In this document: piece by piece, positions 30,918 to 41,900 of the stretch
Position numbering within the stretch: the stretch's first letter is position 1
How the letters are laid out: each line of letters begins with the position of its first letter
Assembly (NCBI GenBank): GCA_005798905.1
Contig: SYIK01000001.1
Location: forward strand, 140,443 to 204,442
Direction of reading: 5' to 3'
Length of the DNA stretch: 64,000 bases
DNA from: Bacteroidota bacterium
GTDB taxonomy: Bacteria; Bacteroidota; Bacteroidia; Chitinophagales; Chitinophagaceae
Notes under the pieces: model-generated
What the model saw: only the letters and a program-made list of their open reading frames with translations
The model's database searches: none
What the model was told of the DNA's origin: nothing
Position numbers and translations under genes: made by a program

Positions 30918-31619
30918 TTATTTATTATTAATCAAAAGTGTTTTCTTTTCAATCCGCTTTTCATAATTTTTTCCTTGGAAAATTTTATGAACATAAATTC
31001 CTGCAACATGAATATTGTCCGGATCCAATTCTTCGGGTTCTACTAATTGCTCCACTTCTGCAATTGTAATTTTGCCTGCTTTTGCCATTGATGTTGAAAA
31101 ATTGCGCGTTGTTTTCCGAAAAACAAGATTACCAAATCGATCTCCTTTCCATGCTTTTACAATTGCAAAATCTGCATGCAACGCATGTTCCATCAAATAT
31201 TTTTTTCCATTAAATTCTCGTTGCTCTTTTCCAATTGCCACTTCTGTGCCAATTCCTGCCGGCGTAAAAAATGCAGGAATTCCCATTCCCGCCATTTGAA
31301 TTCTTGTAGCCAATGTACCTTGAGGCATTAAATCAACTTCTAATTCACCATTCAAAAGTTGTCGTTCGAATTCCTGGTTTTCACCAACATACGAACTCAT
31401 CATTTTTTTTATTTGTCGCGTAATCAATAACAAGCCCAAACCAAATCCATCCACTCCTGCATTATTGGCGATACAAGTAAGTTCTTTCACTCCTTTTTCT
31501 TTTAATGCGGCGATGCAATTTTCAGGAATTCCACACAAACCAAAACCACCCAACATAATGGTGGCACCATCTTGAATAGTGCTTATTGCATCAGCAGCAT
31601 TGGCAACTGTTTTATTCAT
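30918..31619 (-). CDS. scoA: 3-oxoacid CoA-transferase subunit A
   Basis: 233 aa. Contains GGFG.CG.PE, E..PQGTLA.R and GIPAFFTP.G.GT. Confidence 0.9.
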   Translation of the reverse strand: MNKTVANAADAISTIQDGATIMLGGFGLCGIPENCIAALKEKGVKELTCIANNAGVDGFGLGLLLITRQIKKMMSSYVGENQEFERQLLNGELEVDLMPQGTLATRIQMAGMGIPAFFTPAGIGTEVAIGKEQREFNGKKYLMEHALHADFAIVKAWKGDRFGNLVFRKTTRNFSTSMAKAGKITIAEVEQLVEPEELDPDNIHVAGIYVHKIFQGKNYEKRIEKKTLLINNK

Positions 31620-31655
31620 ATTGTATTATTTCAAATTAATTTTTCAGAAAAATTA

Positions 31656-32063
31656 TCAATTAACCAATTTGGATTTAATTTTTCGTTTTACAATTGCTGT
31701 ATCCACTTTTATTGCATTTTTTTCATACCGAACTTCTTCTACTTTATATCGATTTTTTTTTAAGGAATCTGCAATTGCTTTTAATAAATCTGGTCGTGAT
31801 TGGTAAAAAAGCATACTTTTTTTAAACTTTTCTTTTGTCGTTGAATTGATTTTAAAAACCTGTTCGTACAGTTTATTACTTTCTTCTTTTTTATTAAGTG
31901 AAGTATCTTTCATTACATAATTACTTATAAATTCATCGACTCGCATTAAATCCCACATTACAATTTGCATTTGTGTTTGCGACAAAATATTTTTGGGAAC
32001 AGTTTTATCGGATGAGCATCCAACAAATAAAACAAGTACAAAAATTTTAAAAACTAATTTCAT
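31656..32063 (-). CDS. Small lipoprotein (DUF4296-like)
   Basis: 135 aa with a lipobox, LFVGCSS. Coupled to the upstream gene by an ATGA overlap at 32060-32063. The family assignment is from memory only. Confidence 0.45.
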   Translation of the reverse strand: MKLVFKIFVLVLFVGCSSDKTVPKNILSQTQMQIVMWDLMRVDEFISNYVMKDTSLNKKEESNKLYEQVFKINSTTKEKFKKSMLFYQSRPDLLKAIADSLKKNRYKVEEVRYEKNAIKVDTAIVKRKIKSKLVN

Positions 32064-32983
32064 TTTAATCCGCTATATGCACGGGCATTGGTTATGTCCA
32101 GTTTTAATAATAAGTCGAGCGCTCTATCTTTCATATTTCTATCTGCTTTGCTAAATACATTTACCAACTCAGTAGATTTTCCTTGAAAAAAAAATTGAAC
32201 AACCATCGAGTTGGGATTTGCCGCATTCACACTACTAATAAAGCTTAAAGAATTATAAATTCCATTTCTTCCTTCTTCTTCATTTTCATAAAAAATATCA
32301 ATGCCACTTCTGTAGTAAGAATAAAGCGCATCGTGAATTAATGCAAATCGGTTATTGTTTAAATTTTCAGATAACCAATAACGATTGCGCAAGCCTTCGT
32401 AATTTTTCCATCCGGTTATTCCTTGCCGCTCGGGAGCATTGTTTACAATGTTTTGCGCTTTCAAAAAATAGGGATCGCCACCGCGAACAGTGAAAGAGTC
32501 GTAATCAAATCCTAAAATCATATACGCCCAATAAGCCATCACTGCAGAAAGATTGGAAGCCAATGGATCATTCCCTTGAATTCGATTTTCGTTAAACTCG
32601 ATTGGTTGAAATTCTTGGTATCTAAAAATAATATCGTCATCAATAAAATTGATTAACGGAGATTGATAAACTGTATTAAAAGCCGTACGTGCAGCCTGAA
32701 CGGATAAAGTTGCTTTAAAAACATTTTGATCCGAAACATCATTAATATTTAATAAAAAATTACACTGAATTTTTTCATTGGTTTGAAAAACATCCGTTGT
32801 CCATTTCCGATTATTAATAAAATTGGTGAGTGTAGTTTGTAAAGTTTGAAATACTTTTCGATCCACCTGTGTTCCTACTTTGTCTTTATTCACATTCACC
32901 GTTAGCCGCGCTTGAAGTTCTTGTGTGTTTGCAGCATTGTAGCTAAACAAACAAACCGATATCCAAAAAAATAATTTACGCAT
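32060..32983 (-). CDS. Secreted protein of unknown function (DUF4835-like)
   Basis: 307 aa with a signal peptide. As I recall, this family occupies a position downstream of bamD-rpoZ in Bacteroidota. No catalytic motifs seen. Confidence 0.45.
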   Translation of the reverse strand: MRKLFFWISVCLFSYNAANTQELQARLTVNVNKDKVGTQVDRKVFQTLQTTLTNFINNRKWTTDVFQTNEKIQCNFLLNINDVSDQNVFKATLSVQAARTAFNTVYQSPLINFIDDDIIFRYQEFQPIEFNENRIQGNDPLASNLSAVMAYWAYMILGFDYDSFTVRGGDPYFLKAQNIVNNAPERQGITGWKNYEGLRNRYWLSENLNNNRFALIHDALYSYYRSGIDIFYENEEEGRNGIYNSLSFISSVNAANPNSMVVQFFFQGKSTELVNVFSKADRNMKDRALDLLLKLDITNARAYSGLK

Positions 32984-33031
32984 TAAAAATAATCTGAGGT
33001 TTCAAACTTATTCAAAAATAACAATAAGTCA

Positions 33032-33060
33032 TAAAAAAAGCGTCCCCATATTGGAACGCT
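33032..33060 (-). terminator. Rho-independent terminator after rpoZ
   Basis: The minus strand reads agcgttcc-aatatgg-ggacgct followed by a T-run. The stem has one bulge. It lies about 27 nt after the rpoZ stop. Confidence 0.5.
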
Positions 33061-33086
33061 AAATTTTATTAAACTAATAGTTAGTT

Positions 33087-33428
33087 TTAGCTAAAAAGTT
33101 CATCACCGCTTTTGCGGAAATATACTTTTTCATCTAAAAATTCTTGTGTTGCCAATAAAGATGGGTTCGGCATTCTTTCGTATGCTTTTGAAATTTCAAT
33201 CTGCTCTTTGTTTTCATGAATTTCTTCTAAACTATCTGTATGACTTGCAAATTCTTCCAACTTGCTGTGCAATTCTTCTTTCGTGGAAAGATTAATTTGC
33301 GAAGCTCTTTTTCCAATAATAGAAATAGACTCGTACAGGTTTCCTGTTTTTTCTTTGATATCAGAAAGATTGCGTGTTTCAACGATGTTGCTTGTGCCGA
33401 TACTAAGATGGCGTCTTAATTTGCTCAT
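33087..33428 (-). CDS. rpoZ: DNA-directed RNA polymerase subunit omega (Bacteroidota-type)
   Basis: 113 aa. NLYESISIIGKRASQI matches the conserved omega helix. Located directly downstream of bamD, overlapping its 3' end by 26 nt. Confidence 0.7.
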   Translation of the reverse strand: MSKLRRHLSIGTSNIVETRNLSDIKEKTGNLYESISIIGKRASQINLSTKEELHSKLEEFASHTDSLEEIHENKEQIEISKAYERMPNPSLLATQEFLDEKVYFRKSGDELFS

Positions 33429-34215
33429 TATTTAAAATTTTAATGTTGTTTTGCGATAAATTATTATACTGTTCTATTTCTTTCATCCATTTACTGTCAG
33501 GAAAACGATCGATAAAATCATTGCATTCAATAATTACTTGTTCAAATCTTTCTTGCTTTTTTTCTTCCACACTTAAAGTCGCAAATTGGTAACTGGCTTT
33601 TATCACCATCATTTTATATTCATCTGCTTTTTCCGATTCAGGAAAATCATTCAACAAACTTGCAAACGCTACTCCTGCTGCACGAAATTGCCCTAAATTA
33701 AAATACAGTTGTGCACTAGCAAAATCCTTTTCTTCCAATTTTGTACGGCAAATTTCAATAATACCATTTGCTTCTTTTACTTTGTCTGAATTGGGATGTA
33801 TCGTTATAAAACTCTGCATCATTCCAATTGTCTTAAGTGTATTTGTTTGGTCAAGTGGTGCTTTGGGCGACTGTTTAAAATAAGTATATGCTCGCATATA
33901 ATCCACTTCTTCCGATCTTGGACTATTGGGGAAATTTTCAAGGTAACTTTTAAATAAACTTTCAGCACTTAAATAATCTTGTTGATAATATGCACAATAA
34001 GCATATTTATATCCAATGTCTTCAAATTCCGCTCTCCCTTTAAAAAAAGGAATTACATCTTCATAAAGTTGCTGCGCAAATAGATATTTCTTCTTTGCAT
34101 AAAATTGTTCAGCATTGCGCAATTTAAATTCAGGATCAGGATTTTTCAATATTTTATTGATACCATGACAACTGGTAAAAAATACAGCAATAATTAGGAT
34201 AAATAAGGTGCGCAT
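33403..34215 (-). CDS. bamD: Outer membrane protein assembly factor BamD (TPR lipoprotein)
   Basis: Lipoprotein signal MRTLFILIIAVFFTSC followed by TPR-like repeats (AEQFYAKKKYLFAQQLYEDV, AYCAYYQQDYLSAESLF). The track starts at TTG 34227; I prefer the ATG at 34215. Confidence 0.8.
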   Translation of the reverse strand: MRTLFILIIAVFFTSCHGINKILKNPDPEFKLRNAEQFYAKKKYLFAQQLYEDVIPFFKGRAEFEDIGYKYAYCAYYQQDYLSAESLFKSYLENFPNSPRSEEVDYMRAYTYFKQSPKAPLDQTNTLKTIGMMQSFITIHPNSDKVKEANGIIEICRTKLEEKDFASAQLYFNLGQFRAAGVAFASLLNDFPESEKADEYKMMVIKASYQFATLSVEEKKQERFEQVIIECNDFIDRFPDSKWMKEIEQYNNLSQNNIKILNNEQIKTPS

Positions 34216-34317
34216 AAAGGGGGACAAAGATAGTTTATTCTCGCAAAATAGCGCTAAAAATAAATTAGAATAAGGTATTAAAGGTTAAACTTTTTACAAT
34301 TCACTCGGCTGCAATGC

Positions 34318-34348
34318 TAAAAAAAGCCCTCTAAAAAATTAGAGGGCT
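34318..34348 (-). terminator. Rho-independent terminator after the OmpA-family gene
   Basis: The minus strand reads agccctcta-attttt-tagagggct followed by a run of 6-7 T. It lies about 24 nt after the stop at 34372. Confidence 0.7.
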
Positions 34349-34371
34349 AAATTATAATTTTAATAATTGAA

Positions 34372-35949
34372 TTATTTTTTTCTCAAATTTGGATGAGGTG
34401 CTGGAACAGCATTTAATCCTTCTTCGCCATCATTTGCAGCACGAATATCTACTGTATCACAATCTCCGCCTTCTTCGCCATATTTAAATATGATGCGATC
34501 GCGGCTTACACCTTCTTTTTCTACTAAATAACTTGTAATTGCTTCCACTCTATCCCAACTTCTTTGTTGCTCGTGTTTATTACCAGCGCAGTAGCCACTA
34601 ACTACAATTTTACAATTAGGATTGTTACGCATACGATCTGCAACAACAGCTAATAATCTTGTTGCATCATCGCTAAGTTTAGCAGAATTTTTTGCAAACA
34701 TTACATTGGGCAATGCACCTAATAATTGACCACAAGTAAGAACTGGAGGTAAAACTACTGTTGCACATCCTTCAATACAAGGGCACTTCCCAACTCCATC
34801 GGCATCTACTGGTTGGCAATAAGTAGGAGTAACAAGTTCTTTGTCTTTACAATCAGGTACACCATCACCATCAGTATCTTTACTTACACCATGGCTATCC
34901 ACTGGACATCCTTGTGGAGTTTGCTCCAAGTCAAATTGATCAGTAACGCCATCACCATCTGCATCAGGTAAAACTTGTTTTGGCAAACGCATTAGGCGAG
35001 GGTTACGAATTTCTCCATAAGCATAATCCAATGGATTAATCCACCACAATGGCTCAACTGCTTTTGCACCAAGATTAATATTCAATCCAACGCTGAAAAA
35101 GTTGTAAGTGTCGAATTCTATTGTAGGAACATTAGTTGAATACCAACGTTGTCCATCCAACAAATCATCATTAGTAGCAGTAAATTTATCTTCAATAGCA
35201 AGGTTAATCTTGTTATTAATTTTATAAGCAACTCCAAATCCAACATGAGTTGTTGGTGTAAATGAAGGACGATCAGAATGACTTTCAGCCAGTGTTTCGT
35301 AATTACCGTCTAATAAATTTTTTAATTGTTTGCGAACATCTTTTCTGTTGTCATACACGTTTGCACCAGTTATGCTTGCAAAGTTGTAATTGTTTCCACT
35401 TGCATCTTTAGCGTCAACATTTACACTATAATAAGTAATGCCAAACCCAGCAAAAAGGTAAGCATTGAACTTAGAGCTTTGTTTGTGAAAACGAATATTG
35501 TTCAAAGAAAAAATTCCATCTACAGATAAGTCGCTAAACTGTGATTTGTAATTATAAAAAACATTTGAACTGGCTGCATAACCTGTCCAAGCAGGATTAG
35601 AATTATTTCTAATCCTGCTTTTCCAATCCAAACCTTTTGCATTTCCATAGGTGAAATTTGCACGAGCAGAAAACACATATCCAAAAGATTTTCTAACATG
35701 TACTCCAAAACCCATTGAAGGTAAAGAAGCCACATCGCCATTTACATTAAAAGAGCCAAGTTTAAATCCAACTTCAAACTGGTCGCGCGGTTTTGCAGGG
35801 TAGTTGTAAACTCCATTCATAAACTGCGAAAATTGTGGTAAATTTTTAGCAGAAATCACAGAAGAGTCTTTAACGTCTATCTGTGCAAAACTTCCAATAA
35901 CAGACAAGCATAAAATGCTTGCAAGTATGATTTGTTTTTTCATTGTCAT
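34372..35949 (-). CDS. OmpA-family outer membrane protein with thrombospondin type-3 (Asp-rich Ca-binding) repeats
   Basis: 525 aa with a signal peptide and an N-terminal beta-barrel-like region. Contains DADGDGVTDQFD and DTDGDGVPDCKD repeats. The C-terminal OmpA-like domain reads NVMFAKNSAKL...VSGY.... Confidence 0.85.
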   Translation of the reverse strand: MTMKKQIILASILCLSVIGSFAQIDVKDSSVISAKNLPQFSQFMNGVYNYPAKPRDQFEVGFKLGSFNVNGDVASLPSMGFGVHVRKSFGYVFSARANFTYGNAKGLDWKSRIRNNSNPAWTGYAASSNVFYNYKSQFSDLSVDGIFSLNNIRFHKQSSKFNAYLFAGFGITYYSVNVDAKDASGNNYNFASITGANVYDNRKDVRKQLKNLLDGNYETLAESHSDRPSFTPTTHVGFGVAYKINNKINLAIEDKFTATNDDLLDGQRWYSTNVPTIEFDTYNFFSVGLNINLGAKAVEPLWWINPLDYAYGEIRNPRLMRLPKQVLPDADGDGVTDQFDLEQTPQGCPVDSHGVSKDTDGDGVPDCKDKELVTPTYCQPVDADGVGKCPCIEGCATVVLPPVLTCGQLLGALPNVMFAKNSAKLSDDATRLLAVVADRMRNNPNCKIVVSGYCAGNKHEQQRSWDRVEAITSYLVEKEGVSRDRIIFKYGEEGGDCDTVDIRAANDGEEGLNAVPAPHPNLRKK

Positions 35950-35997
35950 GATTAAAAATAGTTTTTATTGAGATTGATTAAATAATCCAATTTGCGG

Positions 35998-36028
35998 CAA
36001 AGGTATGCACGAACGCCTTATAACCAAA
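35998..36028 (-). promoter_or_regulatory. Sigma-A type promoter (-33 TTTG / -7 TACCTTTG) for the OmpA-family gene
   Basis: The minus strand reads TTTG, 19 nt, then TACCTTTG (plus strand caaa at 36025-36028 and caaaggta at 35998-36005). This implies a leader of roughly 40 nt to the ATG at 35949. Confidence 0.5.
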
Positions 36029-36142
36029 TTTTTATACCTAAAATTTACACTTCCATTTGATTGAATCTACTCATTTGTTATTGAAGTAATTTTTTTTCTA
36101 CTTTAAAATAAACTCAGTATTTGTAACTTGCTGCTCCTGATT

Positions 36143-37105
36143 ATGAATTTACCAACCAGATTAATTGCAAACGAGCTTGAAGTTTTTGAAACCTACTTTA
36201 AAAAAGCAGTAAGTACAAATGCTCCCATGTTGGATCGCATCATGCGGTACATTGTAAAAAGAAAAGGAAAACAATTGCGGCCAATGTTTGTTCTACTTTC
36301 TGCAAAACTTTGTGGCACAATTAATGAAAGTACGTACAGAGCCGCTTCGTTTGTGGAAATTTTACATACCGCTACGCTGGTGCACGATGATGTAGTAGAT
36401 GACGCAAATGAACGCCGAGGTTTTTTTTCGGTTTATGCTTTATGGAAAACAAAAGTCTCTGTTTTAATTGGCGATTTTCTTTTAGCAAAAGGATTATTGC
36501 TTTCGTTGGAAAATAATGATTATCGCATTCTTCATATTCTTTCCGATGCTGTAAAAAAAATGAGCGAAGGAGAATTGCTTCAAATTGAAAAAGCAAGAAC
36601 CTTTAATATTAAAGAAGAAGTTTATTACGAAATAATTCGCAGTAAAACCGCTTCACTACTCGCTTCTGCTTGTGCGGCAGGCGCTTGGTCGGCAAGTGGT
36701 GATGAAAATCTAACAGAAAAGTTGCGCCTGTTTGGAGAAAATGTAGGAATGGCTTTTCAATTGAAAGATGATTTATTTGATTATGCAAACAACAAAATTG
36801 GAAAACCAACGGGTAACGATATCAAAGAAAAAAAAATGACGCTGCCATTAATTTATTCACTAAATAATTGCACGGCTGCCGAACGGAAAGAAATTATTTA
36901 TATCATAAAAAATAAAAACAACAGCAGCATTCATGTAAAAAAAGTTGCCGAAATGGTTGCTGCATCCGGTGGTATAAAATATGCAACAGATAAAATGAAT
37001 GAATTTTATTCGAAAGCAAAATCAATCTTATACGAATTGCCCGAAAATGAAACCAGAAAAGGATTAGAAGAATTAGTGGATTTTGTTAAAGATAGAAATT
37101 ATTGA
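36143..37105 (+). CDS. Polyprenyl diphosphate synthase (octaprenyl/IspB-like)
   Basis: Contains the first Asp-rich motif LVHDDVVDD, the second motif FQLKDDLFDY, and GK..GNDI.E.K.T.P. The track starts at TTG 36128; the ATG is at 36143. Confidence 0.85.
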   Translation: MNLPTRLIANELEVFETYFKKAVSTNAPMLDRIMRYIVKRKGKQLRPMFVLLSAKLCGTINESTYRAASFVEILHTATLVHDDVVDDANERRGFFSVYALWKTKVSVLIGDFLLAKGLLLSLENNDYRILHILSDAVKKMSEGELLQIEKARTFNIKEEVYYEIIRSKTASLLASACAAGAWSASGDENLTEKLRLFGENVGMAFQLKDDLFDYANNKIGKPTGNDIKEKKMTLPLIYSLNNCTAAERKEIIYIIKNKNNSSIHVKKVAEMVAASGGIKYATDKMNEFYSKAKSILYELPENETRKGLEELVDFVKDRNY

Positions 37106-37139
37106 CGCTGACTTTTCTTCCAATTCTAAATCAAAACCC

Positions 37140-38840
37140 ATGCAAAAAAGATGGAAAATATTATCGGCTGATTCACAAAAAACAGAAGCACTTCAACAAT
37201 CTTTAAATATTCATCCTGTCATTTGTCAAATCCTCCTTCAACGTGGAATTGAAAATTTTGAAAATGCAAAACATTTTTTTCGGCCGCAGCTTTCATCTTT
37301 GCATTCTCCGTGGCTTTTGAAAGACATGCAAAAAGCCGTGGACAGAATTTTGCAAGCAATTTCTCAAAAAGAAAAAATACTTATTTATGGCGATTACGAT
37401 GTAGACGGAACAACTTCTGTAGCACTCTTGTTTTCTTTTTTAAAACAAATTCATCCGCAGTTGGATTTTTATATTCCGCATCGCTACCGCGAAGGATACG
37501 GCGTAAGTAAAGCTGGCATTGACTTTGCAAAAGAAAATAATTTTACATTAATTATTTCGCTCGACTGCGGAATAAAATCTTACGAGCTGATTAGTTACGC
37601 AAAAGAATTGGAAATTGATTTTGTTGTTTGCGATCATCATTTACCAGATGACAAACTACCGCCTGCCGTGGCAATTTTAAATCCGAAACAAATTGATTGT
37701 AGTTACCCTTTCAAAGAACTGTGTGGATGTGGTGTTACTTTCAAATTAATTTCTGCACTTGCGGAAAAACTTGAATTGAATGAGGAAATTGTTTTTCAAA
37801 ATCTCGACCTTGTTGCAACAGCAATTGCTGCGGACATCGTTTCAATGAATGGAGAAAATCGTGTGTTGGCTTTTTACGGATTAAAAAAAGCAAATGAAAA
37901 TCCAAACAACGGCATTAAAGCATTAAGTTTTTTGAGTGGACTTACAAAAGAAATTCAAATCAATTCGTTGGTATTTATGATTTCGCCACGGGTAAATGCA
38001 GCCGGAAGAATGGATGATGCAAAAAAAGCTGTTTCACTTTTTATTGCAGAAGAATATGAAGAAGCATTACAATTTGCTGAACTTTTAAATAGCGATAATA
38101 AAGACCGCAAAGAAGTTGATAGCAGCATTACAAACGAAGCACTTAGTTTGATTCGAGAAAATGAAGATTTGATAAATCGAAAATCAACCGTAATCTTTCA
38201 ACCACATTGGCACAAAGGGGTTGTAGGAATTGTTGCTTCTCGATTAATTGAACAATTTTATCGCCCAACTGTTGTGTTAACAAAATCGGGGGGTTTTGCA
38301 ACAGGAAGCGCAAGAAGTGTAACGGGTTTTAATTTATACGAAGCCATTTATGCTTGTAAAGATTTATTGCTTGGCTACGGCGGACACTTTGCTGCAGCGG
38401 GTTTAACGCTTGAACTGAATAATGTAGAAGCGTTCACTAAAAAATTTGAAGAGGTTGTGAGCGCAACCATTTCTCCGGAATTATTAATTCCTGAAATTGT
38501 TATTGACGCAGAAATAAATTTTAGGGATATCAATTGGTCCTTTTATAATATTCTTCAACAAATGGAACCCTTCGGTCCCGATAATCTTCGTCCGGTTTTT
38601 ATTGTAAAAAATGTTTTCGATAGTGGATATTCTAAAATTGTAAAACAAGAACATATTCGATTTTCATTAAAACAAAACAATATTACATTTTATGGAATTG
38701 GTTTTAATATGGCGGAAAAATTTCATCTCTTACAAATGAAAAAACCAATCGATATTGTTTTTAAAGTTGATGAAAATGAATTCAACGGAAATAAATCTTT
38801 GCAACTCCGCATGCTTGATTTTAGATTGAGTAATAGTTAA
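37140..38840 (+). CDS. recJ: Single-stranded-DNA-specific exonuclease RecJ
   Basis: Starts MQKRW. DHH motifs present: YGDYDVDGTTS, DCG, DHH, plus GGH..AAG (DHHA1). The TTG at 37083 overlaps the upstream gene, so the ATG at 37140 is the likely start. Confidence 0.9.
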   Translation: MQKRWKILSADSQKTEALQQSLNIHPVICQILLQRGIENFENAKHFFRPQLSSLHSPWLLKDMQKAVDRILQAISQKEKILIYGDYDVDGTTSVALLFSFLKQIHPQLDFYIPHRYREGYGVSKAGIDFAKENNFTLIISLDCGIKSYELISYAKELEIDFVVCDHHLPDDKLPPAVAILNPKQIDCSYPFKELCGCGVTFKLISALAEKLELNEEIVFQNLDLVATAIAADIVSMNGENRVLAFYGLKKANENPNNGIKALSFLSGLTKEIQINSLVFMISPRVNAAGRMDDAKKAVSLFIAEEYEEALQFAELLNSDNKDRKEVDSSITNEALSLIRENEDLINRKSTVIFQPHWHKGVVGIVASRLIEQFYRPTVVLTKSGGFATGSARSVTGFNLYEAIYACKDLLLGYGGHFAAAGLTLELNNVEAFTKKFEEVVSATISPELLIPEIVIDAEINFRDINWSFYNILQQMEPFGPDNLRPVFIVKNVFDSGYSKIVKQEHIRFSLKQNNITFYGIGFNMAEKFHLLQMKKPIDIVFKVDENEFNGNKSLQLRMLDFRLSNS

Positions 38841-38918
38841 CAAAAAATTATTGCACATTTAATACAATTGCAAATGCTTACTAAACAAATTCGATTAAAT
38901 TTACACCCCACTCATACT

Positions 38919-41900
38919 ATGAAAAAAAAGATTGTAGGGTTATTTATTTTGATAACCCTTTTTATAAGTCCCATTAACCTAATTCACGGACAAATAAACT
39001 TAACAGGTACTTCCTATGTACAAAGTTTTGACACGATTAGTACTTCGGGGTTACCAAATGGGATTACCGTAAGAACCGGATCCACCGCAGCTGTAGTTGG
39101 AACAATTGCAACTTTCAGCAATGCTGCTGTAGCCTGGAATAATACTTCGGGAGCTTTTAAAAATTTTGCATCGGCAATAGGTTTAACTTCTACTGCAACT
39201 TCTACAGAACAAAACAATAATACAAATCGTTCACTCGGACTTCGCCAATCCGCTTCAACTGGTGATCCTGGAGGTGCATTTGTTTTTCAATTATCCAATA
39301 CAACCAACCTCCAATCGTTTTCTTTGACATTCGAATTACAATCTTTAGATATTTCATCACCAAGAACAACAACTTGGTTGGTAGATTATGCAATTGGAAA
39401 CTCGCCAATCAATTTTACAACAATTACTAGTTCTCCAACTCCACTCATTACCGGGAATAGTTTATTTACAAATACAGCAGTAACTGTAAATTTCGGCACT
39501 GCACTCAATAATAGTTCCCAACCGGTTTGGATTAGAATTGTAACACTCTCAGCTTCTACAGGTAGTGGAAATAGAGCATCTACAGGTATAGATAATTTTA
39601 TTCTTTCTTATTCCCCGATGGTTGATGCAACACTTCCAACGGTTCAATCATTAAATCCAACACACAATAATATAAATGCTTCCATCTTTTTTCCACTTCA
39701 AATTAAGTTTTCAGAAAACATTCAAAAAGGAACGGGTAATATTATAGTTAAAAATATTACCGACAATACTGAACAAACAATAAATGTAACCAGTACTGCT
39801 GTTACAGTAATTAATGACAGTGCGACTATTACCGCAACATTAATTAGCAATAAACAATATCGGGTAATAATTCCTGCTGGAGCTTTCAAAGATTTAGCAA
39901 GTAATAATTTTGCTGGAATAACTGAAGGGAACTGGAATTTTACAACTGCAAATTCTGATGTTACACCACCAATTGTTAATTCGTTAAATCCCAATTCTGG
40001 TGCAACAAACATCAGTTTGTCGCCAACCATAAAACTAATTTTTAACGAAGCAGTTCAAACTGGAAACAACTTGATTGTCGTAAAAAAATCGAGCGACAAT
40101 TCAACGGTATTTTCTGTAAATGCACAAACGGGTGCAAGCACTTCCGGCAATGAAGGAATAATTCCAATAACAGGACTTTCTGCCAACACACTTTATTATG
40201 TGCAAGTATTGAACGGCGCTTTTAAAGATCTTGCAGGTAATAATTTTTCGGGATTTACAGACAATACAACTTGGCAATTTACAACCGGAATTGGCGATAC
40301 CATTAATTATACTTTTAATTCCTGTAATAATTTTTCATCACCAGGCAGCGGGTGGACGCAGTATAGTTTTTCCGGAGATAGTATTTGGAGGTGTACAGTT
40401 TATGGGAACAACAACACAAATGGAGTGCAAATGAGCGGGTTTGTAAATACGATTGGGCCCGTTGTAAATGAAGATTGGCTAATTTCTCCTTCATTAAATC
40501 TTAGTGGATATAACATTCCAATTCTTTCTTTTAAAGCACGTACAAAATATAACGGAGATAAAATTGAACTGTTTGCGTCAACGAATTTTTCCGGAAGTGG
40601 AAATCCATCTGCTGCAGTTTGGACACCAATTAGTATCATTTTGCCATTAGAAAATAGCGATGTTTGGACTTTGATTGACAGTATTAATCTTTCAAATTTC
40701 AAAACGACAGCTACTTTTTTAGCAATAAAATATACTTCTACAACACTTTCTGCAGCAAGGTGGACTATTGATGATTTTGCAATTAGAAATTCCTCAGTTG
40801 TTCCAGGTGCTGCTTTTCAAATAACCAACCCTATTTATAATTTTGATAATGCGGTTGCCGGTATTGCTACGACTGCAAAAAAATTTCAATTTGTTGGAAC
40901 TAATTTTCAAAATAATTTAACCATTACTGCACCAACAACTTTTCAAGTTTCGAAAGATAATTCATCATTCGGCACTTCAATTTCTTTCACGCCTTCTGAA
41001 TTATCAACAGGTTACAAAACTGCATTTCTTCGTTACACACCAGTTAATAATAATACAGCAAACCTTGGTTATTTAAATTTTAATAATTCAACAAATATTA
41101 ACACCAATAAAATTGAATTGGTAGGAAATAGTTATGCTTCATCAGCTACAATTGATATTGTGAATTGGAATCTTGAATGGTTTGGAAGTACAAGCAACGG
41201 ACCTGCTGACAACAATTTGCAACAAGCAAATGTGAAAAAAGTGATGGACAGTTTGCAAGCAGATATTTATGCCCTTTGTGAAATTGTTGATACAACACGG
41301 TTGATGAATCTCACGAATTCATTATCGGGATATGCTTATAAAGTTTCAGACTATTGTTCCAATGCGCCGAATCAAGCAAGTTCCAATTATGCAAACGGCC
41401 AAAAACTTGCATTCATTTATAAAACTTCAGTAGTATCCAATGTAAAAGTTAGAGGACTGCTTAAAAACAGTACCACCGCAAATAGCAATTGGGCAAGCGG
41501 AAGAGTTCCTTATTTAATGGAAGCAGATATTATTAATGGGAATGTGTCCAAAAAATATAATTTAATTTTATTGCACGGAAAAGCAGGAAGTGCAATTAGT
41601 GATTATCAGCGAAGAAAAGATGGTGTAATTGAATTGAAAGATAGCCTCGATTTTCAATTCAACACGGCAAGAGTTATGATACTTGGCGATTTCAACGACG
41701 ACATTGATTCTACAATATCAGTCGGAATTATTCCTGCAATTTCTTCCTACGATTATCTCGTAAAAGACTCAACCGATGCCGATCATTATAAAGCGCTTTC
41801 GATGCCGTTGAGCAAAGCAAATATTAGTTCAACAATTAGTTATCCAGAAGTAATAGACCATGTAGTTATTTCAAACGAAATTTCACAAGATGTAATATTG